DNA from: Macrostomum lignano
Taxonomy: Eukaryota
Direction: 5' to 3'
NCBI GenBank assembly: GCA_002269645.1
Contig: NIVC01000503.1
Coordinates: 32,168 to 96,167 of the forward strand
DNA: 64,000 bases
The translations under genes and the position numbers were made by a program. The number at the start of each line of letters is the position of its first letter. The first letter of the stretch is position 1. The notes beneath the pieces are model-generated. The model worked only from the letters and a program-made list of their open reading frames with translations, had not been told where the DNA came from and searched no databases. Positions 10,601 to 24,474 of the stretch are shown here, piece after piece.

Positions 10601-13600
10601 CTCTGCTGGTCGCTCGGGTCGCTTTTTCTCCATGCCGCCCGCACCGCGCAGGAAGAAATTCCATTCTTCCGGACTGATGATCTTTGACTGCTTAAGAATC
10701 TCGATGCAGAGCAGGAAGCTGAAGACTAACTTGTCCTTCTCGAAGATTCCTCGAGCCACATTGTTGTAAGTGGAATTGGTGGTTGCGGCCAGCATAATCT
10801 GAATGCGCTGCTCCAGGTTGTCTGACTTCTCGCTGCTCTCAATGGTATTGTTAAATAGGTTCTTAAAGTACTTCAGCGAGAATTGGTACATCGGATCGAT
10901 TTCAGCCATGTTGGCCACCACAAAGTACATGCATGAGCCGCGCTCTGCCACTGGGATGTACTTTGATCGAGCTGCGCTGATTTTCTGTTCAGTGATTTCT
11001 GCTTCCGCCAACTTTTTCGTGGTCTCAGCCGATGTAATCTTTGAGTCGTTAAGCGTCTTGATTAGCTCTTCGTTATCTAGGATGTTGCCCTCGGACTCGT
11101 ACAGCATCTTGAGAATGTTGTCTTCGATGGCCTTCAACTTAGCGCGCTCATTATTGATCTTGAGAATGAGCTCATTCCGCTGCTTCTCAAGGTCAGGTCG
11201 CTCCAAACGAGTGACCTCGCTGAGCAGCTGATCCTCTAGACCCCTCGGTGTGACGGTGAAGTTGATGATGGTCACTTTGATGCAAACCTCGGGCAGGTAA
11301 TGCGGATTCGATAGCTTGGAAGTCATGTAGAAAGCAAAGTTCTTGTCGTACTCAACATCTTTGTCACCAAGTCGAATGAGAAGCCGGCCGCCAGAGGTGT
11401 AGGTCTGCTTGAGCAGCACAGGCTCCAGCGCTGCATCAAGGCTCTCGCCTACATCCTCACAAAGAACTGGCATGCCTAGACGAATGGCATTCTCCAATGT
11501 GCGCAGGAAATTCGGGTCACTGAGTTTGATCATCTGCAAGCCATTTCGAGACTCCTTGTTCTTAATCCAACGGTTGGCCTGTTCCTGCGGATCAATCATG
11601 AGGGGCCAGCGACGGCCGCGCGTAACCAGTATAGCATTCTCTGTTGACACTTGATCGCGCGGCAAGCCGTCCGTGTTCCATTGGCGCAGGGTGTACGGAT
11701 TTCCCAGCACGTTGAACAAAGTGACATTCTCCGAAGTTGGTATCTTCAGCTCCAGACAGCGACTGACCCACATGTTGACCAGCTCGGCTCGGTATTCTGA
11801 AGTGAACGCACCGTAGTACGAGACGCAAGCAGCCGCAATGAACACGTTTCCAACGACGTCGCCAATCTCTTTGTTGAAATTCTCGACCGTCACTTCCCAG
11901 CGGTCTTTTTCATCCGCCAAGGCAGTTGTCAGCTTTCCGGCTCGCTTGAGTCGCGCTGCCGTCAGAGCCAGCTCGTGCTCCAAAGTCTTCTTCTCACCTA
12001 CTGTGTCGTCGAACTTTTTCTGCAGGGTGGCGATTTTGTCCTCAACCTCCTGCAGTTGAGCCTGCTTCTGGCGAAGAGTGCTCATCACCACGTTCAGCTC
12101 AGCATTGGCCGCTTCAAGCCTGTAAAAAGCAATAAATTATTTTGAATTTATTTGTCATACTTTAAGTTGATACAGACTGAAAAAATAGCCAAGCAATACG
12201 GGTGACTTACTTTTTCTTCTTCGGTTCAACTGTTCGATAGACCTTGGCGTACATGTCCATAGCTCTGACCCACATGCACATCGACTTGCATGCCTTTGAC
12301 ACTTTCTCAACATTCGATGGTGTGAACTCAGGATTTTCCATGTACTTTTTCAGACCGGCCAGCATCTTGTTGGTGATTTCATCTTTTGGATAGTCCATGA
12401 GGCGACGCAGGAAGTTTGTGTCACCCAGCACCTGCTTAGCAGAGGCCCAGTCGGTTCTGAAAAAGAATTAATTGTATGCAACAGCATTGCAAACATTCCG
12501 CTTGGAGACAGGCAGAGACTAAATACTCACTTGGAACCGAGCAGCAAGCAGACGGCTTCCATGACAGTCTGCACAAGCGGTGGCGGACTCGTGAAGACGC
12601 GAATCTCGGAGATGTCATTCTTGTCCAGCGAGTTCAGCGCTTTCACGGCCGCTTCGAGAGCAGGAAGAGCTTCGTCAAGATCCTTCTGCGCATCCTGCTG
12701 AATAGCCTCAGTCTCCATAGCCTTCACCTTGGCCACGGCTTCGTCTTCTTTGACCTTTGATCGGACGACATCCGCTTTTTCTTGATCGGCGGTGAGAACC
12801 TCCATCAGAGCTTCAACGTCTTTCTGCTTCTGCTCTAGTTTAGGCCGCATCTCGGTTAGGGTAACCTCCATGGTGCCTACCAGCTGGTTGGTTTCCAGAA
12901 GTTTTAGCAGGCCGTTCTTTACGCGATCTCGACCGCCAGTCAGTTCGCTGTAATAGGTAAGAATTTTTTATGGAATCGGGTAGAAAAATATCATCCCAGA
13001 CTAAAGCTGCGGGTCAATGGGATAAAAGAAAGAAGATTATGGAAGGGTACTTTCGCATCATTGTCAGCGTCAAAAAGAAGTATCAGGACCCCTAGAGAGG
13101 GTAGCAAAGCTATGATTTCTCAGATTCAACTCACTTTTTCTTCGCGGCCAGCATGGACAAATAAAGGTTGATGAGCTCCAGATAGCTAGTAGGGGTTGTG
13201 TAAAACTTGCGCTTCAGCTCGTTATAGAACTTGTCGGCCATGTCCGTGACGCTGGTGTGAATCATGACGCACATCTCTGACAGCTTTTCCTGAGGAGAAA
13301 CAAAATTCAAGAAAAAAGAATTCAGACCAGTGCAGAGAAAACTTAATCAGGCTTAAATGATACAACAAAAATACTGCGCAGCCATGCAAAGTATCTCAAT
13401 AAAGCTGAGTAATCGAAAGCATTTTGCTGATTAATAAACCATTTGAATCAGTATAGCTTTCAGTATTCAGTCACATCGATATAGAAATTTTTTAAAAATG
13501 AAACCTCATTGAAACGCGCCGGGTCAGAAAAAAACTAATGCGTAAACGGGCTTGAATCATATACAGCACTATAAATTTTCACGCGATAATCAAATTTGCA

Positions 13601-16600
13601 AATAGAGTCAATGTGTCTCATATATCAAAGCGAAAGTAATAAAGTATATTTGATTTTTTGATATACTTTTTTGTGGGGTCTTAAGAATTAACTCACCAGA
13701 TATGTTGGACCAAGTGAGCCTTGAAGAATGTTCTGTATTTCAGTGTGTACAAGCATAGCATATTTTTTATTTACTTTTTCTTTTAGTAAAACCTCCGGTA
13801 CAAGCTATTTAGCAAAAAAATTAGTTAACGGAGTCTTTCGTAGTTTCACCTTCTGGTGACTCACCTTCAATTCGTCGTCTCCAACATCGGCTGTGCTGAA
13901 GAAGCTCTGCGCCACGCTCATGAGCGCCTCTCGCGGCCACTCGGTGAACCAGTCAATGGTGCAGCAGTTGACCAAGCTGGGGAACATTCTGCATCGGGAT
14001 CGGAATGCATTGCCCACCGGGGACATGCAGAGCACAATGTGCAGATTGTTGCGCACTCGGTTGATGCAGAAGTCGTAGATGGCGTCCCGGTTGCCTTCAG
14101 CGATACCGACCTCTTTGGCGGCGGGACGGCAGCCGATGATGAGGCGCTCTTTCTCGTCGGCCTCGAATAAATTCGGCACCTCGCCTGAGTTGAGAATGTT
14201 GTTGATGTCCTCGAGGAATTCCTCGACCACAATCTGCGTGTCTGTGAAGAGGAACACGGTGTGCTGGTTTTCAACACCGGCCAAAGTGTAAAGCTGTTTG
14301 ATGTCCTCGCGGAAGTCTTTGTAGCCGTAGCCGCGACTAAGCTCAATCTGGAAGCACTTGTAGCTGTTGATGTGCGCAGCCAAACGCGTCAGCGATTGCT
14401 TGCCCGTGCCACCAACACCGACTAAAAGCGCGTTGCCGCGTTCTTGCCGGATCATGCGGGCAATGCGAGTAACGTGTTCGATTGCGTCCATGAAGAATAC
14501 GAGCTTCATCTCCTTGTTGGACACCATGTTATAGTCATCGAGGTACTAAAAATGTGGTTTTCGGACGTCAACTGAAACATAGTCGAATATTAAAGGCCAT
14601 ATAATTTAATTTTTATATATAGAAAGTACATATACTTACGTCTCCCAAAATTTGCTTCACTTTGTTGACGTCTGTCAGCTCTTCGTAAGCCGATCAGCTT
14701 TTTCTGCACCCATCTTCATGAAATCGCCAAACAGAATTGGTTTGGTGATGAAGCTCTCTGCGTCGACTTGCTCGCCAAAGTACTTGGAAGCCATCTCGCA
14801 GATGATCTGATGGAAGAACATCTTGTCCTCGGCGTTGATCAGGCGATCGTGGAACACGCGCTGAGTCTCGTGGCAGAACAGGCGGAAGAGCTGGCCCTTG
14901 TCGCGTACGCAGCCCGGGTCGGCTTGCAGAATGCCCTGCACGCACTTGGACAGGTCGCGCAGGTTGAATACGTAGTGGCTTTTTGCTGGCGTCGGCAGCA
15001 AGTCGGTTGCCATGCGGAAGTACAGCTCCACAGCAGAACGACAATGGCTCGCCCTGGCCCCGGATAGACGGCGGAAAGTCGACCAAAAAGCGGACCAAGA
15101 TGCTGTTAAACATGTGCTTTAAAGTGTACTCTGACGGCGGTGGCAGGCAGAACATGTTGAAATGGCGAATCAGTCTGGGCGTCACTGGATTTCGACCACC
15201 GCCAGGAGGGGCGCAGGCGGCGCCCAGAAGCATGTCCTGCACGCTGATCCAGTAGAGCTTGTCGCGCTCATAGAAACCACCAAAGTCCTGGTATTGGCGC
15301 AAGAGCTCGCAGGGTGGCTGTGACCCGTAGGTATCGAGCTTCGGCATGTTGAGATCGTCCACAAAGATGATGATCTTCTTGCCGGTTGGTGCACCGAGTA
15401 CGTTTTTGCGCTTCTTTTCCAGCTTGTCCTCGATCATCTCTTGAGTACGGTTGCTGCTCGTCTGAGCAGAAAAGTTAATGTAGATCGGCACATAGTTGGC
15501 TTTCTCCGCGATGCTGTTTAAGTGGCCTCTGGCGACTACGGATTTTCCAACTCCGGTGCCACCAGTAAAAAGAACAGAGCGTCCCAGAGCAAAGGACTTC
15601 TCCAGCAGGTAGCCAAACCTGACGGTATCGACTGTAGGCACCACCATTTCGAAAAATGGAATGCTCTTGTTATAGGTGAAGGCGGGAATGATTTTCTCCA
15701 GAGGTCCATTCGTTTCGTGTCCATGTCCACGTAGGAACTCCACAGGTCACCAGTGCTTGGCAGGCGAGCGTCGCCGTTGTCTTCAAACTGCTGGCGTACA
15801 AAGTTGTCGATGGAGTCCCAGTTGGCATCGATCGTGTTGCCACCGACACCCCAGAGGTAGGAGAACACGAAAGATGTACAGACGAGTGGCTTCACCTTGT
15901 TTTCATCACCAGCTAGGCTGGGGGCACCGGGGCCGCACAGCAAGCTTTGAAAGAGGTTGCACACTGTCATTACCTTGGCAATGTTGACTTGCGCCATGGC
16001 CTGGGTGCACTTCTTGTGAATAAATGTCAATCCAGGATCGATATACTTGTTGAATAGTTCAAATACATAGTCAACAAGGTCCTCGCGAAAGTTGTGCTCA
16101 GTAGTCAGCTTGGTCAGCCACGTGCGAACGTAGGGGCGCCAGCCCATATCTTCGGGATCGACGTAGACCATGCCGCAACGAGACACAGTGGCAGGCGAAG
16201 CGACCGCCAGATCTTGCACTTCAAAAAGCATGTGAATGAAAGGCGTTAGCTTGATTCGCTCAGAGTTGGCCAGGCAGAGCATCTTATTATCGTCTAGCAC
16301 AGTGTTCATGTTCTCAATCCACAGCGCGTCGACTGGACCGTCGCAGATGACCCATTGATGATCTTCGGTCTCGTCCTGAAAGAATCAAATGAAATTTACA
16401 GAGATTCAATTATTGTTTTGAATTTTAACTATCTTACAAGAAATAACTCTACTCACAGCGCAAGCGGTGCGGACGGAAACACCCATTAGGCCGTCGTGCC
16501 ACTCCATTGTTTGGAGATTATAAGAGCCATACAGTTCTCCCATGGTTATTGACTTTGGATTGAGGACGTAGGTCTTTACTGGTTGGTACTCCGGTCGAGT

Positions 16601-19600
16601 TGGACTATTTTTCTTCAGGTTATCGAGAACGTCGGCGAGCACTTTGTAGACGGTGGTCTTGCCACCGCCAGTTGGACCAACAAGCATGACACCGTGACGT
16701 ACCAGCAGTGTCTCCCAGAACTGAATCACTTTAAGCACTTGGGTGTCGTCGATTTGCAAGCCTCGGCTAGTGATGACACTGCAGATCTCTTCTCTGAAAA
16801 GGCCGTAGTCGTGTTCGGGCAGCTGGACACCGGGGAACAAGTCTCGAAGAATAGCCTGAAAAAATGAAACAAAAAGTATGTAATCCAAGTAAAGTCTACA
16901 ACGAAGCGACCCAAAAATATAGCCAATTCAAAAAACTTACCTTGAACAGCACGGCATCCTGTTTGAGGAACTTAGGCAGATTGGAGTCCCTCAACGCGCG
17001 AATCAGCACCACGTCCTCGTGCTTGTCCGGATTCTCTCGCTTCAGAGCGCCAGCCATCACTAGCACAGACTTGAGGGCGCGCATGCCAAAGTCGTAGTGA
17101 TCCTGCTGCGAGAGCTGCTCGCTGCACAGCTTGTACATCTGCGTCATTTTTAGTGCGAGGTTCTTCGAAGATTCAAAACCTTCCGAGTAAAGAATAACTT
17201 CGGCGATGAGACGGTAATCTGGCACCATCATCGAGATCGGACGGAACAAAGCCTTCAAGTTGTCTGGCAGCTCTGTTCGACCAGCATAGCCAGGATTCAT
17301 GGTGATGAACGCGGCGCAGGTCTTTACCAGTTTGATCTCGCGACCTTCGAACATGAAGCGGAACATGTTCCCGGCTTTGGCCTGGCGGATTGTGATCAGC
17401 TGCTGGGCGATCACAGACAGCACCTCGATGTCAATACGATTGAACTCGTCGAAGCAGCACCAGGCGCCAGATTGTGCCAGGCCGCTGAAGAAGCGACCCA
17501 TCATCTTGTAGTCAAGACCATCAGAACAGTTAAAGACCACGCATTGCTTGGCGAGCGACTTTGCCAAATCCTTAGTGGTTTCCGTCTTTCCTGTACCAGC
17601 GGGACCAGCGGGAGCACCGCCCAAGTCAAGCTGCAGAGCTCCCATAAGGCACAGGTAGCAGCGATCTGTCAGAGGTGTGATAACAAGACGCGGAGAAGCG
17701 CCGAGGTACTCGTAGCCATAGTAGTAGCGGCTGTTTGACATCTTGACGATGCAATTGTCTTCGTCTTTGTCCCAATAATAGCGCAGCTGCTTTTGCCAGT
17801 CGAAAGATGCGACGTCATCAATCTCATTCTCGACCATTTCAGTCACCATGTCTCGAGCGTGCACATCGATGGTGATGAGGGCGCATAGTAAGGCGCGCAG
17901 CAGTTTCGGCAAGTCGCCACGCACGACGGCTGCAAGCTTGTTTAGATCCTGAAAGCACTTCTGCTCGAACTTTTTCATGCCTTCGAGACGAGTATCCGGC
18001 TCACCGGACAGTATCTCCTCGATATCGCTGCACCACATTGTCTGGCTCACCGTGAGCACAACCTGAGAGCAGTGGCGAGTCAGCCATTCTTCCCGCTTAC
18101 TGTCCATGTAGTCTAGAAGAGAAGCCTTCGTCAGTTTGCGCAGATTGCTGAACATTGCCTCCTCAACTTTGCCTAACCAGTCCTCTACGTTGCCGCGGGC
18201 TTTCAAGCCTTTTCCGAGGGACACCTTCTCGCCCTCAGGTGAGAGCATTGCGTGAATGTCATTGCTGTAGGTCACCTCGTTTGGATCAGCGGCTGGCTCA
18301 CCCTCCTGCGGAGTCTTCGGCGCCAGAATTCCGAACTCCAGCTTAGAGATGGCGTCGAAGCACTTGCGAAGGTGCGGCTGCACAGCCTGGGGGTTGCGCG
18401 TCTGAGCGAGTATTTCCAGCAGTTCATCATTGGACAAAAAGTAAAATCGTGGGAAAACAACGCGCTTAGACTCCAAGTAGTCTTCCAGACACTTCTGAAT
18501 TTCATCAAGCAGCAAATTGTTGTTCTTGAATGTCTCCAATAGACCAGCTTGAGTCGCATATCGCATGGCCATCGGAGCTTTGTGAGCCTTTCGCATGATC
18601 TCTTTGTACGACTTGTCCACCGACATGAAAGATTTCGATTCTGATGGCAGCTGCTTCTGAATGTCCGGGGCGCTGAAAACGGACTCCAAGTACATCCAGT
18701 TGCGCTGGCAGGTTACCCACTCTTCTAGTGTCTTGCCGAAGAGCTCTAGGTTGGCCTGCCAGTCATCAACGCGGTGCTTGATTGGTCCGACGTGACGCGA
18801 TGAGGCGATGGTGGCAATGTTGATGTTCGAGTCGTCCAACAGCTGCTGGATGTCGTCTGTACCGCCGAGCATATACACGTCTTTGTATAAGTGCTCTTTG
18901 TACGGCAGGATGATGAATTCCTGGGTTTTCCAAGCCTCTTCAACTCGCAACAAGATCTGCTCCAGACTGGCCTCAGAGCTCGCTTGACCAGAGACTTCTT
19001 GAAGCGCTTCGGAGTGCTCAAACGCCTTGATCTCGATGAGCGTGCCCAGAGTAAATGGCTCGGGCTGATCGCGCAAAGCTAACGAGACAATCTCTTCGAT
19101 CTTGTTCCAGTGCCGGTCCTTTAAGTTTTCGTTTCTCAGGTCGGTCACCACAGGCAGCTTGGTGCGCATGTCGTCAACTTTCTCTTTGAGTCGTGGCACC
19201 ACCGGATTTGGCGGTAGGCCTTTCTCTAGCTGCTGCACCGCCTTCATGTATTTCATCGTTGTGTTGCTTAAGTCTTCGACATCGAGCTCCATGAAGGGAG
19301 CAGCCTTCCACTGATCAAGGTACTTGTCCCATTCGTCAATGGAGTTCCAGAGCATTTCCTTGAGCTTCAGCTCGGCGAGGACCTCTTCCAACTCGTCAAA
19401 CTTAGTCTGTTCAACCTTGAAGTTCTTCTGGTATGCCTTGTACTGGTAGGCTCGCTTGCGAAGCTCCTCCATTCTTGTGAGCAGCTTAGCCACCTCTTTC
19501 ATCACCTTGTCCTTCTCGCTGGTTACGTCCAGGATCATTGGGTTTTGAGCTTCCTGCTTCACTTCGCGAACCTCCTTATTGATCTCGGCAATGTCGCGCT

Positions 19601-22600
19601 CCATGCACGATACAAACTTATCCACATTGGCCTCCCGCTCGGCCAGCGCTTTGTCAATGGCGTTCTTGGCCTTGTCGATGGAGGGGAACAGAGTCTGGAA
19701 AACTGCTTGATCCTCTGGTGGCACAGGAACTTTAAAGTGGTCAACCAGTTCGTACATCTCCTTAACCACCTCGGCCTCATTCTCTAATGGTTCAATTCGC
19801 TGTTGAATCTCGTCCAGGAATGTCAGAAGGTCCACATAGTCGGTGGTGTCCTTCGGCTCCTGGAGCAGCTTGTACTCAGCGTCTTGGCTCTCCTTGACCA
19901 GACGATCAACCTCGCCTCGAGCCAGCCTTGGCAGCAGATCGTGTATAGCTTCTAGGCAGCGCTGAGGCGATGGAATCAGCAGCGACTTCATGTTTGCTCC
20001 GTTCACCAGCAGCATTCCGATGGGGCGCTCCTCCACGATGCCCGTGGCCATGCGCTCCTGTCGATTGTACCGCTTCAGAGCCTCGTGGAAGAACTCCACG
20101 TCTGAAAAACCGATTATGATTAATCAATTATGATCCAATCAAGAAAGTTCAGCTCAGAGCTGATAAACGCAATCTAATAACAAGTTAAAAGTGCGCATTG
20201 TTTTGCTTTCTTGTGCAGAGCTTCCTAACAGCTTTAACAAGGCAAGATGAGTGTGTGTCTCAAACATTACGCTCGTATGTGTAAAAGTTCAAAAAAACTT
20301 GCACGTTCAAATTTGAACGATTTTGAAAAAGGATGTGCTCTCAAAGAGTTTTTAAAGTTTTTAGGAAAAAAATTGCTGAAAATGAAAATAAATAACAAAA
20401 AATTCTCCATCAAAGAACAGCAGTAGCAAATATACTGTTAATTAAGGTAAAGTAGCTCGAAAAATAACGTCACCTCTGCGCATTTTCTGCGGTCCGATAA
20501 ATCCTTCGTTAAAAGCTGTGTTGAGAGCATTGTTAGTTTGTTAAATCAAGATTTTCAGGATTTACAGTTAGTTTATTGCACTAAAAGTAATTGATTAATA
20601 ATTATATTGTTCAAAGCAGGGGCTTAAAAAATTTTAAGTAATTAGACTATTGTTAGTAGGCGGTCAATATTAAACTAGACTGAAGCTAACTTTTCAATCG
20701 AACATACCGATTTGAGCCTGCTTGAACGACTCCAAGTCAGTGGCCTCGTTCTCTTGGTAGAACTTTCTGAACGGCTCGAACGTGTTCGAGTACTGATTGG
20801 CGGCGTTGAATGCGGCATCCAGGCTGTCCCGGATTTGCTGAGTAATGGCGGACAGGTGTCTGTCGTCTTCGAACATGGCCTAAAGTTTTTTAATTCAAGG
20901 TTGATATTCAAGTTATTTGTAAGGCAATTTTGAACCTGATGACTGGGAAAACTTACGTGCAGGCTGGGACCATCTCCGCACGTCTTTTCCTCGAACTTGT
21001 TGTTGATGATCGGTCGAGTGAACGCGTCGAAGTAAGCGTCTGGAACAAGATTCTGCACATTGAGCACTACATCCTTGAATGCGTCAACTATGACGCTGAT
21101 CTCATCAACGAAGTCTTTGTTCGACGGTGCAAAGTCGATTTGAGAAAGGTCAAGCACGAATTCTGTAATGAATAGCGGCGGGACTTTTGCCACCGGCTCC
21201 TCAGCTGGGGCAGCAGCTGTGCCAGATTTTGGGCGCTCTTCTGGCGGCCCGGGTTGCTGCGCCGGGTCAGTCGGAGCCGAAGCTGCAGCCGCAGCAGCCT
21301 TCGCAGCCGCTTTCTCCTCGGCCTCATCGTCATCGTCTTCGTCCTCCTGCCGATTGTAGGATTGAATCTCCTCGAGCGACGGCGTGTTGGCCAACTGCTC
21401 CTGCAGGTAGTTAAGCATTGTGGTCACGGAATTGACGGCTAGCACGTGCATCGTGTTCACAATCAGGTAGTCGGCCAGACGGATGAAGCAGGAGAGGCGC
21501 TGGCAATGGTTGCGCTTATTAGCCTGCTCCGTGTAGGTCATCTTATCAGGACTTTCCTCCGCGTAGATGTCCATGTCGTAGCTCTGCATCATGTAACTGC
21601 TGGCAGTTCCTGGCGGCTCCATCAGGGCTTCGTCAACAAAGTAGTCATCGGGTGTGAATCCTGCCTCCAGCAGAGCGGTTCGACAAGCAGTTCGAACAAC
21701 CTCCTTGACCAAGTCGCGGAATTCTTTCAGTCGTTTCGACACTTCATCTAGCTGCTCCTGTTGGGCAGTCTTGAAATCCGGCAGTCTGTAAGTGCGACCC
21801 TTGTCTATCTTGCATAGGCCCATGTCGCTGATTCGGTAGCACATCTCGCGAACGTTGAGAATTGCCGGTCGCAGTGACCGATTGATAATGAACAGATTCT
21901 CTTCCAGGCCTTTCTTGGCTCGATCGATTTTTAACCAATTAACTGTCTTCTTCCACGTCATGAAGGCTTTCCACTTCTTAAAGTCGAAGAATGTTCGGCG
22001 CTTCACGATCTCGCCGACGATGCTATACTCGTAGATGAACCGATCCAGCGGCAGGTACTCAATGTCGGTGTCGCCCTCTCGCATGCGCACGAAGCCGCCT
22101 TCGATGCTGAGAGTGGCATAGTCGCTCTGGTCCATTTTGTTGTAGTCGACAACTCTGCGCGGGGAAACAAGCGGTTGTTGCTATTAGCGACATTCGATAC
22201 GCAGCTAGCGAGGATGCAAACAGTTTTTTCTCGTTCTGTCTGCCCCTTAGCACCCACACAATAGGATTAAGAATCGTTAATTTCTGCGTACGACCCACCA
22301 AAAATCGGACGTTCTAACGCTAAGTTACTCGGTCTCCATTTCCCCAAGCTACACGTTGTCTAAATTGCTACTTACTTCAACTTGTACGAATTGAAACCGA
22401 CGTTAGTGATTGGCACGGCCGGATTCAAATAAAAGAATTTGATCTTCGGATTGGCTCTCAGAACGTTGATCAACTTCATTATGTCGGTTTCGCCGTAGAA
22501 TTGGGCAGCATCTGGATTATGTCGAATGATATAAAGTTGTTGAAAGATCTAATCTATCAGCTCATTCATTCAACAAAAATATGAAAGCTGTGATATTTGA

Positions 22601-23569
22601 CGCATTCAAACTTTGAAATAATAAAACAATACAACAAAAACCATCAAAGTATGATTGCTTGTGATCAATTCGAACTTTGAAGAATAAAAAATGTGACGGA
22701 AAATTGAAAGTTTCCCGAGCTTGTGACTTTGGTTCTATCCTTCGCGACTTTATTGATGTTACCTTTGGCTTCAAGCAATTAAGCTGATACACTTTATGGT
22801 TCTGAAAGCAATTCAAATGCGATATTTTACTATTGCACAGAATATCTCGCATGGTCGAAGGCATTTTCCAGTTTGAGCAAAGCGACGTAGAACAGTTACA
22901 AGCAACCCGGTTCGCTCACCAACTTCGACCTTCGTTCGGCTGACGCTGGCCGATGCGGCGTGAACTCGGCCCTGAGCCGACGCCTTTCGTTCGTCTCCTC
23001 CATCCGGAGAGATCGAACCGCCGACCTCCGCAGCGGCGGCAGCGGCAGCGGCGCTCTGCGGCCGGCTCAGGCTCTCCTGGCGCTCCTTGAGCGGCTCGGG
23101 CAGCTCCGGCAAGCCGGCGCGCGTTTCGTCGGTCAGCGGCTCCAGGACGCCGGAGCGACGCAACTTTTTCGGATCTGGGCCGTCGCGCCATTGGCCCTCC
23201 TCTTGAAGCTTGTCCTTGGCCTTCTGCCGGATATAATCCGGATGGCTGATGTGCTGCCGGTGCTTCAGCGTGGCCTGAAAAATTTAGCGTTGAGACAGTT
23301 GTCAGTATAAATTGAGGATGCTAATTTACGTCGGTAAGGCATTGGTGCAACACTCTACTCACCAGAGGCTCCAGGTAGTTGCTGGACGGGGCCGCCTGTG
23401 CCCTCTGCTGCGCTTTGGTGGGCTTCATCATGCGCAGCTGACTCTTGGCGCCAGGGAAACTGGCTTTGCCAGCGTCTAGCATGGTTCGGGTGGCAAGCAG
23501 GTCGGTGCCGTTGCCTGAATTGTTGGCGTTTCCGCCTGTGTCCGGTTGAAACTCATTGGTCACTGACAT
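7611..23569 (-). CDS. DNAH6: Axonemal inner-arm dynein heavy chain, DNAH6-like (about 4219 aa, 18 exons)
   Basis: Exons traced with GT-AG ends, minus strand: 23569-23363, 23274-22920, 22511-22376, 22154-20957, 20879-20708, 20101-16941, 16855-16457, 16375-14640, 14545-13865, 13289-13135, 12947-12531, 12456-12211, 12119-9560, 9460-9224, 9102-8845, 8776-8288, 7958-7814, 7714-7611. These total 12656 nt; restoring 4 single-base deletions gives 12660 nt (4220 codons). Motifs: P-loops [33 protein letters not shown]; [16 protein letters not shown]; C-terminal LSTTGHSTNFV. DNAH6-type segments include [14 protein letters not shown] and [30 protein letters not shown]. Confidence 0.93.
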
Positions 23570-24474
23570 GGCAGTGACAGAAATAGGTTATGAAAATTAG
23601 TTATTATTATTAAAAACATAGTATGTATTAGCTTGAGCAAATAGAACTAGCTTCTCATCTTAATTAGAAGTTGAAATTGTCCCTAAAAACAGTCCATAAT
23701 TGTTAATTATGCAAATGCAAAATAACTAGTAAAGAAAAAAATCCTAGAAAAATGAGTTATTTTACAATAAACTTCTCAAAAACTAAAGCTAATAAATTCG
23801 TATAAACTGATAAAGTTGAGAATTCTCAAAAATCTGGAAATTTTGCATAAACGTCATATAGCTAAGCCAAAACATGTGTTATATTTCTCCTATTTTATAT
23901 AAGTCCGAAAATTGCTGATAAGAAAATTAATATGTTTTTGTTACAAGAGTATTTTGCAAACATTCAAAATATTTCTCTGCATTTAGAGGTTAAAATCTAA
24001 AAGCTGTATTGAACCTAGAAAGAGCAATAGTGCTATACAAATGCGAACCAAGAAGAAAAGAATGAACCAACCGTTTGAATCAATTGCGAGAAATAAAATA
24101 CCACTTAAAAATCAAACTCAACCAAACCAGCACAACAACACCATCGCAACAACCGCTATAACAAAGTTTAGATACGCAGTCAATATTTTCTGATTTTAAA
24201 ATGCAATTAATTCTGCACTTTTCAACACTTAAACTGAGTTAATTATTGCAAATCACAAATTTATTATCAATATAAATTATGCTTAAATTTACATTTTCGT
24301 AGAATGCCGATTTGTAAAGAGAAAGATTCTGTAAACTAAATTTGCATTTGTCTAGTTGGAATTGGAATTGCTTCATCTTATTGTTATTTTTGACGTAACT
24401 AGGCCTAAGTTTAAGTTTGCGTGAACCGCTGCATCTATCTGATAATTTTTCCTAATTCTTTTTCAACTCTTACA

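Noticed and set aside
8264-23310. Many plus-strand and alternate-frame ORFs overlapping the dynein gene
   Set aside because: They are antisense or off-frame shadows of GC-rich dynein exons with no recognisable motifs.
23570-24474. RFX X-box expected upstream of a ciliary dynein
   Set aside because: Only a half-site-like GTTGCGATGG (minus strand, ~24141-24150) was seen; there is no convincing full palindrome.
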